Part shown: positions 1 through 8,621 of the stretch, one piece after another | Numbering within the stretch: position 1 is the stretch's first letter | Layout: every line of letters begins with the position of its first letter | NCBI GenBank assembly: GCA_012728915.1 | Contig: JAAYEC010000034.1 | Location: 5,895 to 69,894 of the forward strand | From: Deltaproteobacteria bacterium | GTDB lineage: Bacteria; Desulfobacterota; Syntrophia; Syntrophales; UBA2192 | Direction of reading: 5' to 3' | DNA length: 64,000 bases | Program-made: the position numbers and the translations under genes | The notes under the pieces: generated by a model | Seen by the model: only the letters and a program-made list of their open reading frames with translations | Told to the model about the DNA's origin: nothing | Databases searched by the model: none

Positions 1-81
1 TCCATTGTCTGGAGGTCATTCGTTTTGGGCCTGTCTGACCGGTTCGAATCGAAAGGCTCGCATCCCGTTCCCGTGCGCCGG

Positions 82-1263
82 TCACCGGTACGGCGCCATG
101 ACCTCGCCGAAGCCCGCGAGGGAGTTGGCGATGGTCTCGTCCGCGACGCAATAGGCGATCCGGAAGTGACCGGGCGCGCCGAAGCCGCTGCCGGGCACGG
201 TGAGAATATTCTTCTTCTGCAGCGCCCGCACGAACTCCACGTCGTCCCCGATCGGCGATTTCGGGAAGAGGTAGAAGGCGCCCTCGGGCCTGGTGAACTC
301 GTAGCCGAGGGCGGCCAGGCCGTTACACAGGAGGTCCCGCTTGCGCCGGTACTCCGCCACGTTGACCTCCACGTCCAGGACCTTCGGCAGGACCCGCTGG
401 ATGAAGGCTGGCGCGTTGACGAACCCCAGCGTGCGGTTGCACAGGACAAGGCCCCCCAGGAGCAGGTCGAGGCCGTCGTTCGCGGGGTTCACGGCGATAA
501 AACCGATCCGCTCGCCGGGGATGGAGAGCGTCTTGGAGAAGGAGTTCGCGATCAGGCTGTGCCGGTACGCCTTCAGCAGGCTCGGGACTTTCACGCCGTC
601 GTAGACGATCCTGTCGTAGGGCTCGTCGGAGATGAGATGGATCGCCCGGCCGAACTTCTTCCCCTTGTCTTCCAGCAGCGATGCCAGGGCCCGGATCGAG
701 GCCTCGTCGTAAACGCGTCCTGTGGGGTTGTTCGGCGTATTGATGAGAACGGCCCGGGTCTTCTCCGTGACGGCCTCCTCGACGGCCCAGAGGTCCAGCG
801 AGAAGTCTCCCCTCGACTTGACCAGCTTGACGACCCCCCCGTGGTTGTCCACGTAGGACTGGTACTCGACGAAGTACGGGACGGGGATGATGACCTCGTC
901 GGCGGGATCAAGCAGGGTCTTCAGGATCACGTTGAGGGCCCCGGCGGCCCCGCAGGTCATGATGACGTGATCGGCGCCGATTTCCACGCCGTGGTCACGG
1001 CTCAGCTTCGCCGCCACGGCGGCGCGGGTCTCCGGAAGCCCTGCATTGGGCATGTAGCCGTGCACGCCGGGCCGGTCGTCCTTTGCCGCCTCCAGGAGGG
1101 CCCTCTTCAGCTCGGGCGGAGGGTGCACGTTCGGGTTGCCGAGACTGAAGTCGAACACGTTTTCCGCCCCATACTGCTGCTTGAGCCGGATCCCGTCCTC
1201 GAACATCCTTCGGATCCACGAGGATTTCGTTATCGCCCCTTCGATCTTCTTCGATACCGCCAC
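82..1263 (-). CDS. PLP-dependent aminotransferase, class I/II (aspartate/alanine aminotransferase-like)
   Basis: 393-aa ORF with the class-I fold motifs NTPNNPTG and the Schiff-base lysine context NSFSKTLSIPGERIG. The antisense ORF 25..1314 is a GC shadow. Confidence 0.85.
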   Translation of the reverse strand: MAVSKKIEGAITKSSWIRRMFEDGIRLKQQYGAENVFDFSLGNPNVHPPPELKRALLEAAKDDRPGVHGYMPNAGLPETRAAVAAKLSRDHGVEIGADHVIMTCGAAGALNVILKTLLDPADEVIIPVPYFVEYQSYVDNHGGVVKLVKSRGDFSLDLWAVEEAVTEKTRAVLINTPNNPTGRVYDEASIRALASLLEDKGKKFGRAIHLISDEPYDRIVYDGVKVPSLLKAYRHSLIANSFSKTLSIPGERIGFIAVNPANDGLDLLLGGLVLCNRTLGFVNAPAFIQRVLPKVLDVEVNVAEYRRKRDLLCNGLAALGYEFTRPEGAFYLFPKSPIGDDVEFVRALQKKNILTVPGSGFGAPGHFRIAYCVADETIANSLAGFGEVMAPYR

Positions 1264-1413
1264 GGTTCGCTCCTTTCAACAAAACAGGCACAAGGCAATA
1301 GGCAACAGGCATGAGGAATTGCAGGAGTCGCTTTTCCGATGCCCGGTGCCTGATGCCTTTGTTTGACTAACACATCCGCCTTGCGCCCGTCAACAGCAGA
1401 GTCCCGAAACTGC

Positions 1414-1442
1414 TTGACATTTCGCGGCCCTTCTTCTAACAT
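1414..1442 (+). promoter_or_regulatory. candidate sigma-70 promoter (TTGACA-17 nt-TAACAT) upstream of the MBL hydrolase gene
   Basis: TTGACA at 1414..1419, a 17-nt spacer, TAACAT at 1437..1442, about 30 nt before the ATG at 1475. Confidence 0.35.
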
Positions 1443-1474
1443 GCCGACCGGTTCGTAGGGGGTACCCGGAGGCC

Positions 1475-2368
1475 ATGATCATCCAGAAGCCCGGAAGAAT
1501 CGTCGAGGGGCTCTACGCGCTTGCAGACATCGACCTGCCCGCGTGGCTCGTGTCGGCCGAAACCCCGTCGCTTTTCGACGCCGGCATCACCTTCATGGGC
1601 CCCTCCTACATCCGCGAGATCCGCCGGTACCTCGGCGACGAGAAACGCCTGCGCTGGATCTTCATCACGCACGCCCACTTCGATCACGCCGGGACGGCCC
1701 CCTATCTCAAGCGCCGCATCCCCGGCCTCAAGGTGGCCGCAAGCCGCATGGCCGCCGATATCGTCAAGAAACCCAACGCCGTCAACCTGATCCGCAGCCT
1801 CAGCCGCGACTACGAGGAGCAGCACAAGGCGCTTTTCGGGGACGAGGACATCGGCTTCGACGCCCTCGAGGTGGACCGCGTCCTCGAGGACGGCGAGACG
1901 GTCGACCTGGGCGGCGGATGGGCCTTCCGCGTCATCGCCACGCCGGGACACACCCGTGACGGCCTCTCCTTCTACTTCCCGAGCATCAAGGCCCTCATCT
2001 GCGGCGAGGCCGCGGGCGTGCCCGACCGCAACATCCGGATTCACCCGGAATTTCTCGCGAGCTACAGTGACTACGTGGCCTCGCTCGAGAAACTGGCGGA
2101 CCTGGACGTGGAGATCATCCTGCTCAGCCATTTCTATATTCTCACTGGTCCAGATGCGCGGGGATATATGAAGAAATCCCTCGAAAGCACCGTCGCCTTT
2201 TCGAATCGGATTCGGAGATACCTCGACGAGGCCGGCGGAAGCCAGGAGACCGTTGTCCGGCGCATCTTCGAAGAGGACCACCAGGGCACGGGCGCCATCC
2301 AGCAGGCCGAGAGGCCCTACCTGATCAACCTCGCGGCCAAGGTGAAGGCCGTGGCCGAGAATAAGTGA
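1475..2368 (+). CDS. MBL-fold metallo-hydrolase
   Basis: 297-aa ORF with the HxHxDH zinc motif (THAHFDHAG) and a later TPGHT motif. Confidence 0.8.
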   Translation: MIIQKPGRIVEGLYALADIDLPAWLVSAETPSLFDAGITFMGPSYIREIRRYLGDEKRLRWIFITHAHFDHAGTAPYLKRRIPGLKVAASRMAADIVKKPNAVNLIRSLSRDYEEQHKALFGDEDIGFDALEVDRVLEDGETVDLGGGWAFRVIATPGHTRDGLSFYFPSIKALICGEAAGVPDRNIRIHPEFLASYSDYVASLEKLADLDVEIILLSHFYILTGPDARGYMKKSLESTVAFSNRIRRYLDEAGGSQETVVRRIFEEDHQGTGAIQQAERPYLINLAAKVKAVAENK

Positions 2369-2490
2369 CCGGGTGGTTTCTTCGGTAACCGTGGCAAGTG
2401 GATGCCCTTCGGCATTGGACACTTCGCCCGGGGAACCAGGAAGAGCAGAAGTTAGGAAGCTACGAAAATAATGTTTCATCCACTCTGCGC

Positions 2491-2509
2491 TTCCGCTCTT
2501 CGTCACTTC
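2491..2509 (-). repeat. 19-nt copy of an intergenic purine-rich element (GAAGTGACGAAGAGCGGAA on the minus strand)
   Basis: 18/19 identical to 5420..5438 in inverted orientation. It sits inside an imperfect palindrome with 8-nt periodic GGAAG-like units (about 2440..2512). Confidence 0.5.
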
Positions 2510-2630
2510 TTCATCTCGAATCCAATTGCCGTGGCCCGGCGCCAAGGCATTTATTCGTCGCCCCGTGCGGGCGCGATGGAGAAAACACGGGAGAGAGACG
2601 CATGATCATCACGAAAGGAGCGAGAGGTAC

Positions 2631-3305
2631 ATGAACATCCTGATCTTCGGACCCAACGGCAGCGGCAAGGGAACCCAGGGCGCTATCGTCCAGAAGAAGT
2701 ACGGCGTTCCCCACATCGAGACGGGGGTGATCTTCCGCGAGAACATCGCGAAGGGAACAGAACTCGGCAGGAAGGCAAAGGCATTCATCGACCGGGGCGA
2801 CCTGGTGCCCGACGACATCACGATCCCCATGATCCTGGACCGGCTCCAGGAGCCTGACTGCGCGAAAGGCTGGCTCCTCGACGGGTTCCCCCGCAACCTC
2901 GCCCAGGCCGAGGCCATGTGGAAGGCCCTGCAGGAGCGCAACATGAAGCTCGACTTCGTCGTCGAGATCCTGCTTGCCCGCGACATCGCGAAGAAGCGCA
3001 TCATGGGGCGGAGGCTCTGCCCGAAGGACAACAACCACCCGAACAACATCTACATCGAGGCCATCAAGCCCGCCGAGAAGGACGGCAAGATGGTCTGCAG
3101 GGTCTGCGGCGCCGACAATCTCAAGACCCGGGCCGACGACCAGGACGAGGCCGCCATCGACAAGCGCCACGGCATCTACTACGACACGAAGACGGGGTCG
3201 CTTGCGGCCGTGAATTTCTTCAAGCAGCGCGTCAGGGTCATCGAGGTGGACGGCACGCCCGGCGTGAAGGAGGTCTCCGAGGACCTCTTGAAAAAACTGG
3301 GTTGA
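2631..3305 (+). CDS. adk: adenylate kinase (paralogue 1, long LID)
   Basis: P-loop GPNGSGKGTQ and LLDGFPRN. LID has CPKD...CRVCG. AAAGGAG Shine-Dalgarno precedes the ATG at 2631. The ORF-track start at 2526 is an upstream TTG. Confidence 0.9.
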   Translation: MNILIFGPNGSGKGTQGAIVQKKYGVPHIETGVIFRENIAKGTELGRKAKAFIDRGDLVPDDITIPMILDRLQEPDCAKGWLLDGFPRNLAQAEAMWKALQERNMKLDFVVEILLARDIAKKRIMGRRLCPKDNNHPNNIYIEAIKPAEKDGKMVCRVCGADNLKTRADDQDEAAIDKRHGIYYDTKTGSLAAVNFFKQRVRVIEVDGTPGVKEVSEDLLKKLG

Positions 3306-3334
3306 TTTTTCAGTCCTTTCAATGTAAAGCATGG

Positions 3335-3373
3335 TCCTCCCGTCGGGATGGGTCTCGGCGGGAGGATTTTTTT
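3335..3373 (+). terminator. rho-independent terminator after adk
   Basis: Stem TCCTCCCG (3335..3342) pairs with CGGGAGGA (3359..3366), followed by T7 (3367..3373). Confidence 0.7.
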
Positions 3374-3597
3374 AATCCATGATCATCAGATGAGTGCCAC
3401 GAAACAATTTTGCCGGCTCAAAAGCGCTTTGCGACGGTTCTAAGCTTCCTTCACTGCTCCGCCACAAACTCGCCCTGCGGTCTCAGACATGTGGCCTCGC
3501 GGCCGTTCCGGTTCGCTAAGAACCGTTCGCGCAAAGACGCTTTGAACGAGCCTTGCAAAACCTTTTCGCGGCCCTCTTGAGGCAAATTATCATCGCC

Positions 3598-5394
3598 ATG
3601 GAAAACATCCGCAACTTCAGCATTATCGCCCACATCGACCACGGCAAATCGACGCTGGCCGACCGGCTCATCCAGCACACGGGAATGATCGAAGACCGCA
3701 ACTTCCACGACCAGCTGCTCGACAACATGGACATCGAGCGTGAGCGCGGGATCACGATCAAGAGCCAGGCCGTCGCCCTTCCCTACCGCGCAAAGGACGG
3801 GCGGGACTACATTCTCAACCTGATCGACACGCCGGGCCATGTGGATTTCACGTACGAGGTGTCGCGGTCTCTGGCCTCCTGCGAGGGGGTGCTCCTGCTG
3901 ATCGACGCCTCCCAGGGCGTACAGGCCCAGACGATCGCCAACCTCTACCTGGCCATGGAGCATAACCTGGCCGTCATCCCCGTCATCAACAAGATCGACC
4001 TCCTGACGGCGGACGTGGACCGTGTCCTGGAGCAGATCGATGCCGAACTGGGCCTCGACCCCTTCAGCCACATCAGGTGCTCCGCCAAGCAGGGCATCGG
4101 GATCGAAGAGGTCCTCGAGGCGATTGTCGAGCGCATCCCGCCCCCAAAAGGCGACCCGTCGAAGCCCCTCTCGGCGCTCATCTTCGACGCCCAGTACGAC
4201 TCGTTCCGGGGCACTGTCATTCACTGCAGGGTCTTCGACGGCGCAGTCCGGCCCGGCGACGTCATCCGGTTCATGTCCAGCGGCACCACATACAGGGTGG
4301 AGGAGGTCGGGCGCTTCGCCCTTGCTCGCCTGAAAAAGGACGCCCTCTGTGCCGGAGAGGTGGGCTACCTGATTGCCGGAGTCAAGACGGTGGCAGACGT
4401 CCGGATCGGCGACACGATCACGCACGACGACCGGCCCGCCGGGAATGCGCTTCCCGGCTTCAAGGAGATCAAGCCCGTCGTCTTCTCCTCCATCTACCCC
4501 ATCTCCTCGGAGGACTACGGGGACCTGGCGACGGCGCTGGAAAAGTACAAGCTCAACGACGCCTCCCTGGTGTACACGAAGGACTCCTCCGTGGCCCTCG
4601 GCCTGGGGTTCCGCTGCGGGTTCCTGGGGCTTCTTCACCTCGAGATCGTCCAGGAGCGTCTCGAGCGGGAGTTCGATCAGGCGATCATCCTCTCCGTCCC
4701 GAGCGTGCGATACCGTTTCACCCTCAAGGACGGCAGCGTCGTTCACGTGGACAACCCGGCCAACTACCCCGACCCGGCCACCATCGAGAAGGCCGAGGAG
4801 CCTTTCATCCGCGCCACCATGATCATGCCGGAAAAGTACCTCGGGGCCGTCATGAAGCTCTGCACGGAGAAGCGCGGCGTCAGCTCCACGATGAACTACC
4901 TCGGACCCGGCCGGGTGGAGCTCACCTACGAGATGCCGCTGGCCGAGGTGCTCTTCGACTTTTACGACCGGTTCAAGACGGTAACCCAGGGCTATGGCTC
5001 TTTCGACTACGACCTGATCGACTACCGGGAGGGCAGGCTCGTCCTCCTGGACATCCTCGTCAACGGCGAGAAAGTGGACGCCCTCTCCCAGATCGTCCAC
5101 CGCGACAATGCCCGCCAGCGGGGTGTCCACGCCTGCGAAAAGCTCAAGGACGAGATCCCTCGGCAGCAGTTCAAGATAGCCATCCAGGGCGCCATCGGCG
5201 GCGAGATCATCTCCCGCTCCACGATCAGCCCTTTTCGCAAGGACGTGACGGCCAAGTGCTACGGCGGCGACATCACGCGGAAGCGAAAGCTCCTGGAAAA
5301 ACAGAAGAAGGGCAAGAAACGCATGAAGATGGTGGGAACCGTGAGTATCCCCCAGAGCGCCTTTCTGGCGGTCCTGCAGTCCGACAACGACTGA
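3598..5394 (+). CDS. lepA: elongation factor 4 (translational GTPase LepA)
   Basis: MENIRNFSIIAHIDHGKSTLADRL, DTPGHVDF and NKIDL G-motifs, plus the LepA-specific C-terminus (KRKLLEKQKKGKKRMK). Start taken at the internal ATG 3598. Confidence 0.95.
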   Translation: MENIRNFSIIAHIDHGKSTLADRLIQHTGMIEDRNFHDQLLDNMDIERERGITIKSQAVALPYRAKDGRDYILNLIDTPGHVDFTYEVSRSLASCEGVLLLIDASQGVQAQTIANLYLAMEHNLAVIPVINKIDLLTADVDRVLEQIDAELGLDPFSHIRCSAKQGIGIEEVLEAIVERIPPPKGDPSKPLSALIFDAQYDSFRGTVIHCRVFDGAVRPGDVIRFMSSGTTYRVEEVGRFALARLKKDALCAGEVGYLIAGVKTVADVRIGDTITHDDRPAGNALPGFKEIKPVVFSSIYPISSEDYGDLATALEKYKLNDASLVYTKDSSVALGLGFRCGFLGLLHLEIVQERLEREFDQAIILSVPSVRYRFTLKDGSVVHVDNPANYPDPATIEKAEEPFIRATMIMPEKYLGAVMKLCTEKRGVSSTMNYLGPGRVELTYEMPLAEVLFDFYDRFKTVTQGYGSFDYDLIDYREGRLVLLDILVNGEKVDALSQIVHRDNARQRGVHACEKLKDEIPRQQFKIAIQGAIGGEIISRSTISPFRKDVTAKCYGGDITRKRKLLEKQKKGKKRMKMVGTVSIPQSAFLAVLQSDND

Positions 5395-5419
5395 AAAAGG
5401 ACGGAAGTCAGGAAGTTCG

Positions 5420-5438
5420 GAAGTGAAGAAGAGCGGAA
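5420..5438 (+). repeat. 19-nt copy of an intergenic purine-rich element (GAAGTGAAGAAGAGCGGAA)
   Basis: Lies in the lepA-hemW spacer. Left arm has GGAAG units every 8 nt (5403..5440). Right arm has three CCGCTCTTC copies (5461..5495), forming an imperfect long inverted repeat. Confidence 0.5.
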
Positions 5439-5521
5439 AAGAGAATGGATTCCTTCCACGCCGCTCTTCCGCTCTTCCGATGCTCCGCTCTTCCCCCCAA
5501 GTCCCCGGCACCGAGATAGCG

Positions 5522-6661
5522 ATGGACGACAACAGGATCAGCACGGCCGCAGGGCTGTACATACACGTCCCCTTCTGCCGCTCGAAGTGCGCCTACTGCG
5601 ATTTCTATTCGGTCACGGATGTCGGCCGCATCGACGGCTACCTCGAGGCTCTGTCCCTCGAGATGGAGCTCTACCGCGGTTTTGCCCCGGTTTTCGACAC
5701 GGTCTACATGGGGGGCGGAACGCCGTCCTGCCTGCCGGCTGATCGTCTGGCGGACGTCCTGGCGCGCCTCCGATCGGCGTTTCCGGTCTCTCCCGGATCC
5801 GAGATCACCGTGGAGGTCAACCCCGGCGACGTCGACACGGCGTGCTTGGAGCGCCTTCGAGAGGCCGGCTTCAACCGCGTGAGCGTCGGGGTGCAATCCT
5901 TCGACGACGCGATCCTGACGACCCTCGGGAGGCGCCACGGCGGTCGCGAGGGACGCGAGGCCGTCGATGCGGCACGCAGGGCCGGGTTCGACAACCTCTC
6001 CATCGATCTCATCTACGGGGTGCCTGGGCAGTCCCCCGAAGGCTGGCGGGAGACGATGGAAAGCGCCCTGGCCGTCAACCCCGAGCATTTGTCGTGCTAT
6101 GAGTTGACCCTCGAGCGGGGCACTCCCCTGCACCGCCGGGTCGAAGCGGGGCAGCTGACCCTGGCGGATGAAGACGAGGCTTACGGCTTTTTCTCGGCGA
6201 CATCGGAATTTCTCGAGGGCCGCGGGTACATCCATTACGAGGTCTCCAATTTCGCCCGCACGGGGGCCCTGATCTCCCGCCACAACCACAAGTACTGGGA
6301 TCACACCCCCTACCTGGGCCTAGGGCCGTCGGCCCATTCCTTCCGGGGATGCCGGCGGTGGTGGAATCGGCGCGACCTGCCCCGCTATATCAGCGATCTC
6401 CGGGCAGGGCGTGCGCCGGTTGACGGGCAGGAGGAGCTCTCGCAGGAGCAGCTCCGGATGGAGGCCCTCTATTTCGGCTTCAGGACGAAGCGGGGGATTC
6501 ACGGTCCCGCGTTCCGGGAGCGCTTCGGGATGGACCTGCTGCGGGAAGAGGGCGCTGCCCTGCGTGGCCTGCGCGACGAGGGATTGATTCGTCTCGACGG
6601 GGAGGTTCTCACGCCCACCCGGCGAGGGCTGGCGCTGGCGGACCGGCTCTGCCTGCTGTAA
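5522..6661 (+). CDS. hemW: radical SAM family heme chaperone HemW / oxygen-independent coproporphyrinogen-III oxidase-like protein
   Basis: CxxxCxxC radical-SAM motif (HVPFCRSKCAYCDF) and HemN_C-like tail. Conserved lepA-hemW adjacency. Start taken at ATG 5522. Confidence 0.85.
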   Translation: MDDNRISTAAGLYIHVPFCRSKCAYCDFYSVTDVGRIDGYLEALSLEMELYRGFAPVFDTVYMGGGTPSCLPADRLADVLARLRSAFPVSPGSEITVEVNPGDVDTACLERLREAGFNRVSVGVQSFDDAILTTLGRRHGGREGREAVDAARRAGFDNLSIDLIYGVPGQSPEGWRETMESALAVNPEHLSCYELTLERGTPLHRRVEAGQLTLADEDEAYGFFSATSEFLEGRGYIHYEVSNFARTGALISRHNHKYWDHTPYLGLGPSAHSFRGCRRWWNRRDLPRYISDLRAGRAPVDGQEELSQEQLRMEALYFGFRTKRGIHGPAFRERFGMDLLREEGAALRGLRDEGLIRLDGEVLTPTRRGLALADRLCLL

Positions 6662-6750
6662 AAAATTCAAGGAAATGCTTGATTCCTGCAGAAGAATGTG
6701 AGAGTAAATAACGCTTCGGATTCGGCAGGATAACCCGCACGAGGTGAACT

Positions 6751-6840
6751 ATGGGGAGTGTCGTCAAAAAAAGAAGGAAGAAGATCAGCAAGCACAAGTA
6801 CCGCAAGCGCCTGAAGGCCAACCGCCACAAGAAGCGTTAA
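6751..6840 (+). CDS. 29-aa lysine/arginine-rich micro-protein resembling ribosomal protein bS22 (AURKAIP1/COX24-like)
   Basis: ATG 6751 preceded by GAGGTG. Translation MGSVVKKRRKKISKHKYRKRLKANRHKKR, stop TAA at 6838..6840. Resembles mycobacterial bS22 ([21 protein letters not shown]...). Too short for the ORF track. Confidence 0.7.
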   Translation: MGSVVKKRRKKISKHKYRKRLKANRHKKR

Positions 6841-7049
6841 CGCCATCGGGGAAACCCCGCGGCACGTCCGCGGGGCCCCCGATGTCCCATCCCGCCTTCA
6901 CGAAGGGCCCGGCAAATCCGAAGACACCGGCGTGTCAGACCGCAAGCGAGGCAAGGGCCGCAACAGCCATGCCCCGCCAGACGGGGAACCGGAACGCCGA
7001 AAGACCTTTGGACGAGACGATTCTTCCCGGACCGATCGGGATTGGATCC

Positions 7050-8621
7050 ATGGTGATCGCCCCCCGAGACAAACAGATTCTGTCCACCGTCGCCGCCCTG
7101 TTTGCATTCCGGCTTCTCACGATCAACGAGATCCAGTTGGCCCCCGACGAGGCCTACTACTGGTACTGGGGGCAGCACCTCTCGCTGTCGTACGCCGACC
7201 ACCCGCCCATGGTCGCCTGGGTGATGTCGTTTTTCACGTCTCTGTTCGGCAACGGGGAACTTTTCGTCCGTCTCGGCGGATTTCTCCTCGCTGCCGCCGC
7301 CCTGTTCTTTCTGTGGGGCTCCGCGAGGGCTCTCTTCCCTACCCTTCGCGAGCTTCCCGGCGATCTCGTTCTCGCCCTCAACCTGACCCTGCTCTTCCCG
7401 ACAGGCTGCATCGTCCAGACGCCGGACACGCCCATGCTCTTCTTCTGGGCCGCCGCCGTCTGGTGCGGGAGCCGGATCGTTGCGGGCGGGCCCGGATGGT
7501 GGTGGTATGCCTGGGGAACGGCGCTCGGCCTGGGGCTTCTGAGCAAGTACACCATGATCCTGCTCGTCCCCTGCACGTTCGGATTTCTCCTGCTCTGCCC
7601 GTCCGCCAGGCGCTGGCTTCTCCGCAAGGAGCCCTGGCTTGGCCTTTTCATCGCGTTCGTTCTATTCTCGCCCGTGCTCTACTGGAACGCTCAGCATGAC
7701 TGGCTCTCCTTCACCTACCAGCTCCGGCAGGGGTTCACGCCGAGACAGAAGGCCGTCCCCCTAAAGCTTCTCGAATACCTCGGCGGCCAGGCCGGCGTCG
7801 TCACCCCGATCCTGTTCCTCGCCTTCGTTGGCTACAGCGTCAGGGCCCTGCGGGTCTGCATGGAGAGGGAACAGCCGCCCTATCTCTACCTCCTCATGCT
7901 CTCATGGCCCGTGCTCCTCTTCTTCGGCATCTCCACGGCCCTGGGCAAGGTCGCCGAGGCCAACTGGCCGGCACCGGCCTATATCGCCGGGTTCATCCTT
8001 GCCGGCGCCGTTTATCGAAACGTCTACGCGTCAAGGCCCTTCCACCGCCGCCTGCTGGCCTCCGGCCTCGCTCTGGGCCTTGCGGCCGGTCTGGTGGTGC
8101 AGGCCCATCTCACCCGGCCCTTCCTTCCCATCCCCCCCCAGAAGGACCAGGTCCGGCAGTTTCACGGCTGGCGCGATCTGGGCGCGCAGGTCCGCCGCAT
8201 CATCGAAGAGCATCCATCCGAACGCGGCTACATCCTTGTTTCCGACAAAGGGACCACGGCGGCCGAGGCCGTCTTCTACAGCGGGGCGCGCATGACGGGG
8301 CTGGATCTCTTCCAACCGGAACGGTACGTCTTCCTGGGAGATCTGTCGGCACTGCGAGGGAAGGACGCCGTCCTGGTGCTCCACGGGTCCAGCGAGGCCG
8401 GCCTGAAACGATACGAAGGGTACTTCGACTCCATCGAACCCGCGGGGGCCCACGACTGCCTGTTCCGCGGGGAGAAGATCGACGGGCTCAGCGTGAAGCT
8501 CTTCGTCGGCAGAGGCTTTACGGGAAGCTGGCGCCGTTTCCTCTTACCCTCTTACCCTCACACCTTCTTGCCATCCTTCCCGGAGCGCACCCGGAACGTC
8601 CAGACGTGGTTGATCACGTAG
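7050..8621 (+). CDS. glycosyltransferase family 39 (ArnT/PMT_2-like polyprenyl-phosphate-sugar-dependent GT-C)
   Basis: N-terminus LAPDEAYYWYWGQHLSLSYADHPPMVAW, followed by many transmembrane segments. The ORF-track start at 6744 overlaps the bS22-like gene in another frame, so ATG 7050 is preferred. ATGs at about 6886 and 6969 remain possible. Confidence 0.8.
   Translation: MVIAPRDKQILSTVAALFAFRLLTINEIQLAPDEAYYWYWGQHLSLSYADHPPMVAWVMSFFTSLFGNGELFVRLGGFLLAAAALFFLWGSARALFPTLRELPGDLVLALNLTLLFPTGCIVQTPDTPMLFFWAAAVWCGSRIVAGGPGWWWYAWGTALGLGLLSKYTMILLVPCTFGFLLLCPSARRWLLRKEPWLGLFIAFVLFSPVLYWNAQHDWLSFTYQLRQGFTPRQKAVPLKLLEYLGGQAGVVTPILFLAFVGYSVRALRVCMEREQPPYLYLLMLSWPVLLFFGISTALGKVAEANWPAPAYIAGFILAGAVYRNVYASRPFHRRLLASGLALGLAAGLVVQAHLTRPFLPIPPQKDQVRQFHGWRDLGAQVRRIIEEHPSERGYILVSDKGTTAAEAVFYSGARMTGLDLFQPERYVFLGDLSALRGKDAVLVLHGSSEAGLKRYEGYFDSIEPAGAHDCLFRGEKIDGLSVKLFVGRGFTGSWRRFLLPSYPHTFLPSFPERTRNVQTWLIT

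Noticed and set aside
31-60. GGTTCGAATC, a tRNA T-loop-like string at the window edge.
   Set aside because: The flanks do not form a T-stem (ACCGG versus CGAAA) or an acceptor stem. It lies just beyond the 3' end of the aminotransferase gene at the window edge, and no tRNA-like arms flank it.
25-1314. Very long ORFs antisense to almost every real gene, e.g. 25..1314, 3451..5562, 14293..16101, 17922..19838, 21405..23888, 26302..28608, 40479..42905, 43025..45472, 46746..48815, 49038..51110, 51270..53375.
   Set aside because: Their translations are Arg/Gly/Pro/Ala/Asp-rich and low-complexity with no recognisable motifs. The opposite strand carries unmistakable conserved proteins. This is the usual stop-codon-poor shadow effect in GC-rich DNA.
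2398-2634. 78-aa ORF and small hairpins (ATGCC-CTTC-GGCAT) in the spacer upstream of adk, considered as a small protein or riboswitch.
   Set aside because: There is no SD or conserved peptide features. The hairpin is short and I cannot assign it to any known RNA family by eye. Only the repeat element within this spacer is reported.
5470-5481. CGCTCTTCCGAT, a 12-nt match to the Illumina TruSeq adapter core, raising the possibility of adapter contamination.
   Set aside because: The match stops after 12 nt and the flanks differ from the adapter. It is one unit of a triple CCGCTCTTC repeat that pairs with a purine-rich arm, so it appears to be native low-complexity sequence.
6744-7049. N-terminal 102-aa extension of the GT39 ORF as given in the ORF track.
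   Set aside because: It is Pro/Gln/Lys-rich and low-complexity, and it overlaps the well-supported bS22-like gene in another frame. The conserved GT39 N-terminus begins right after the ATG at 7050.
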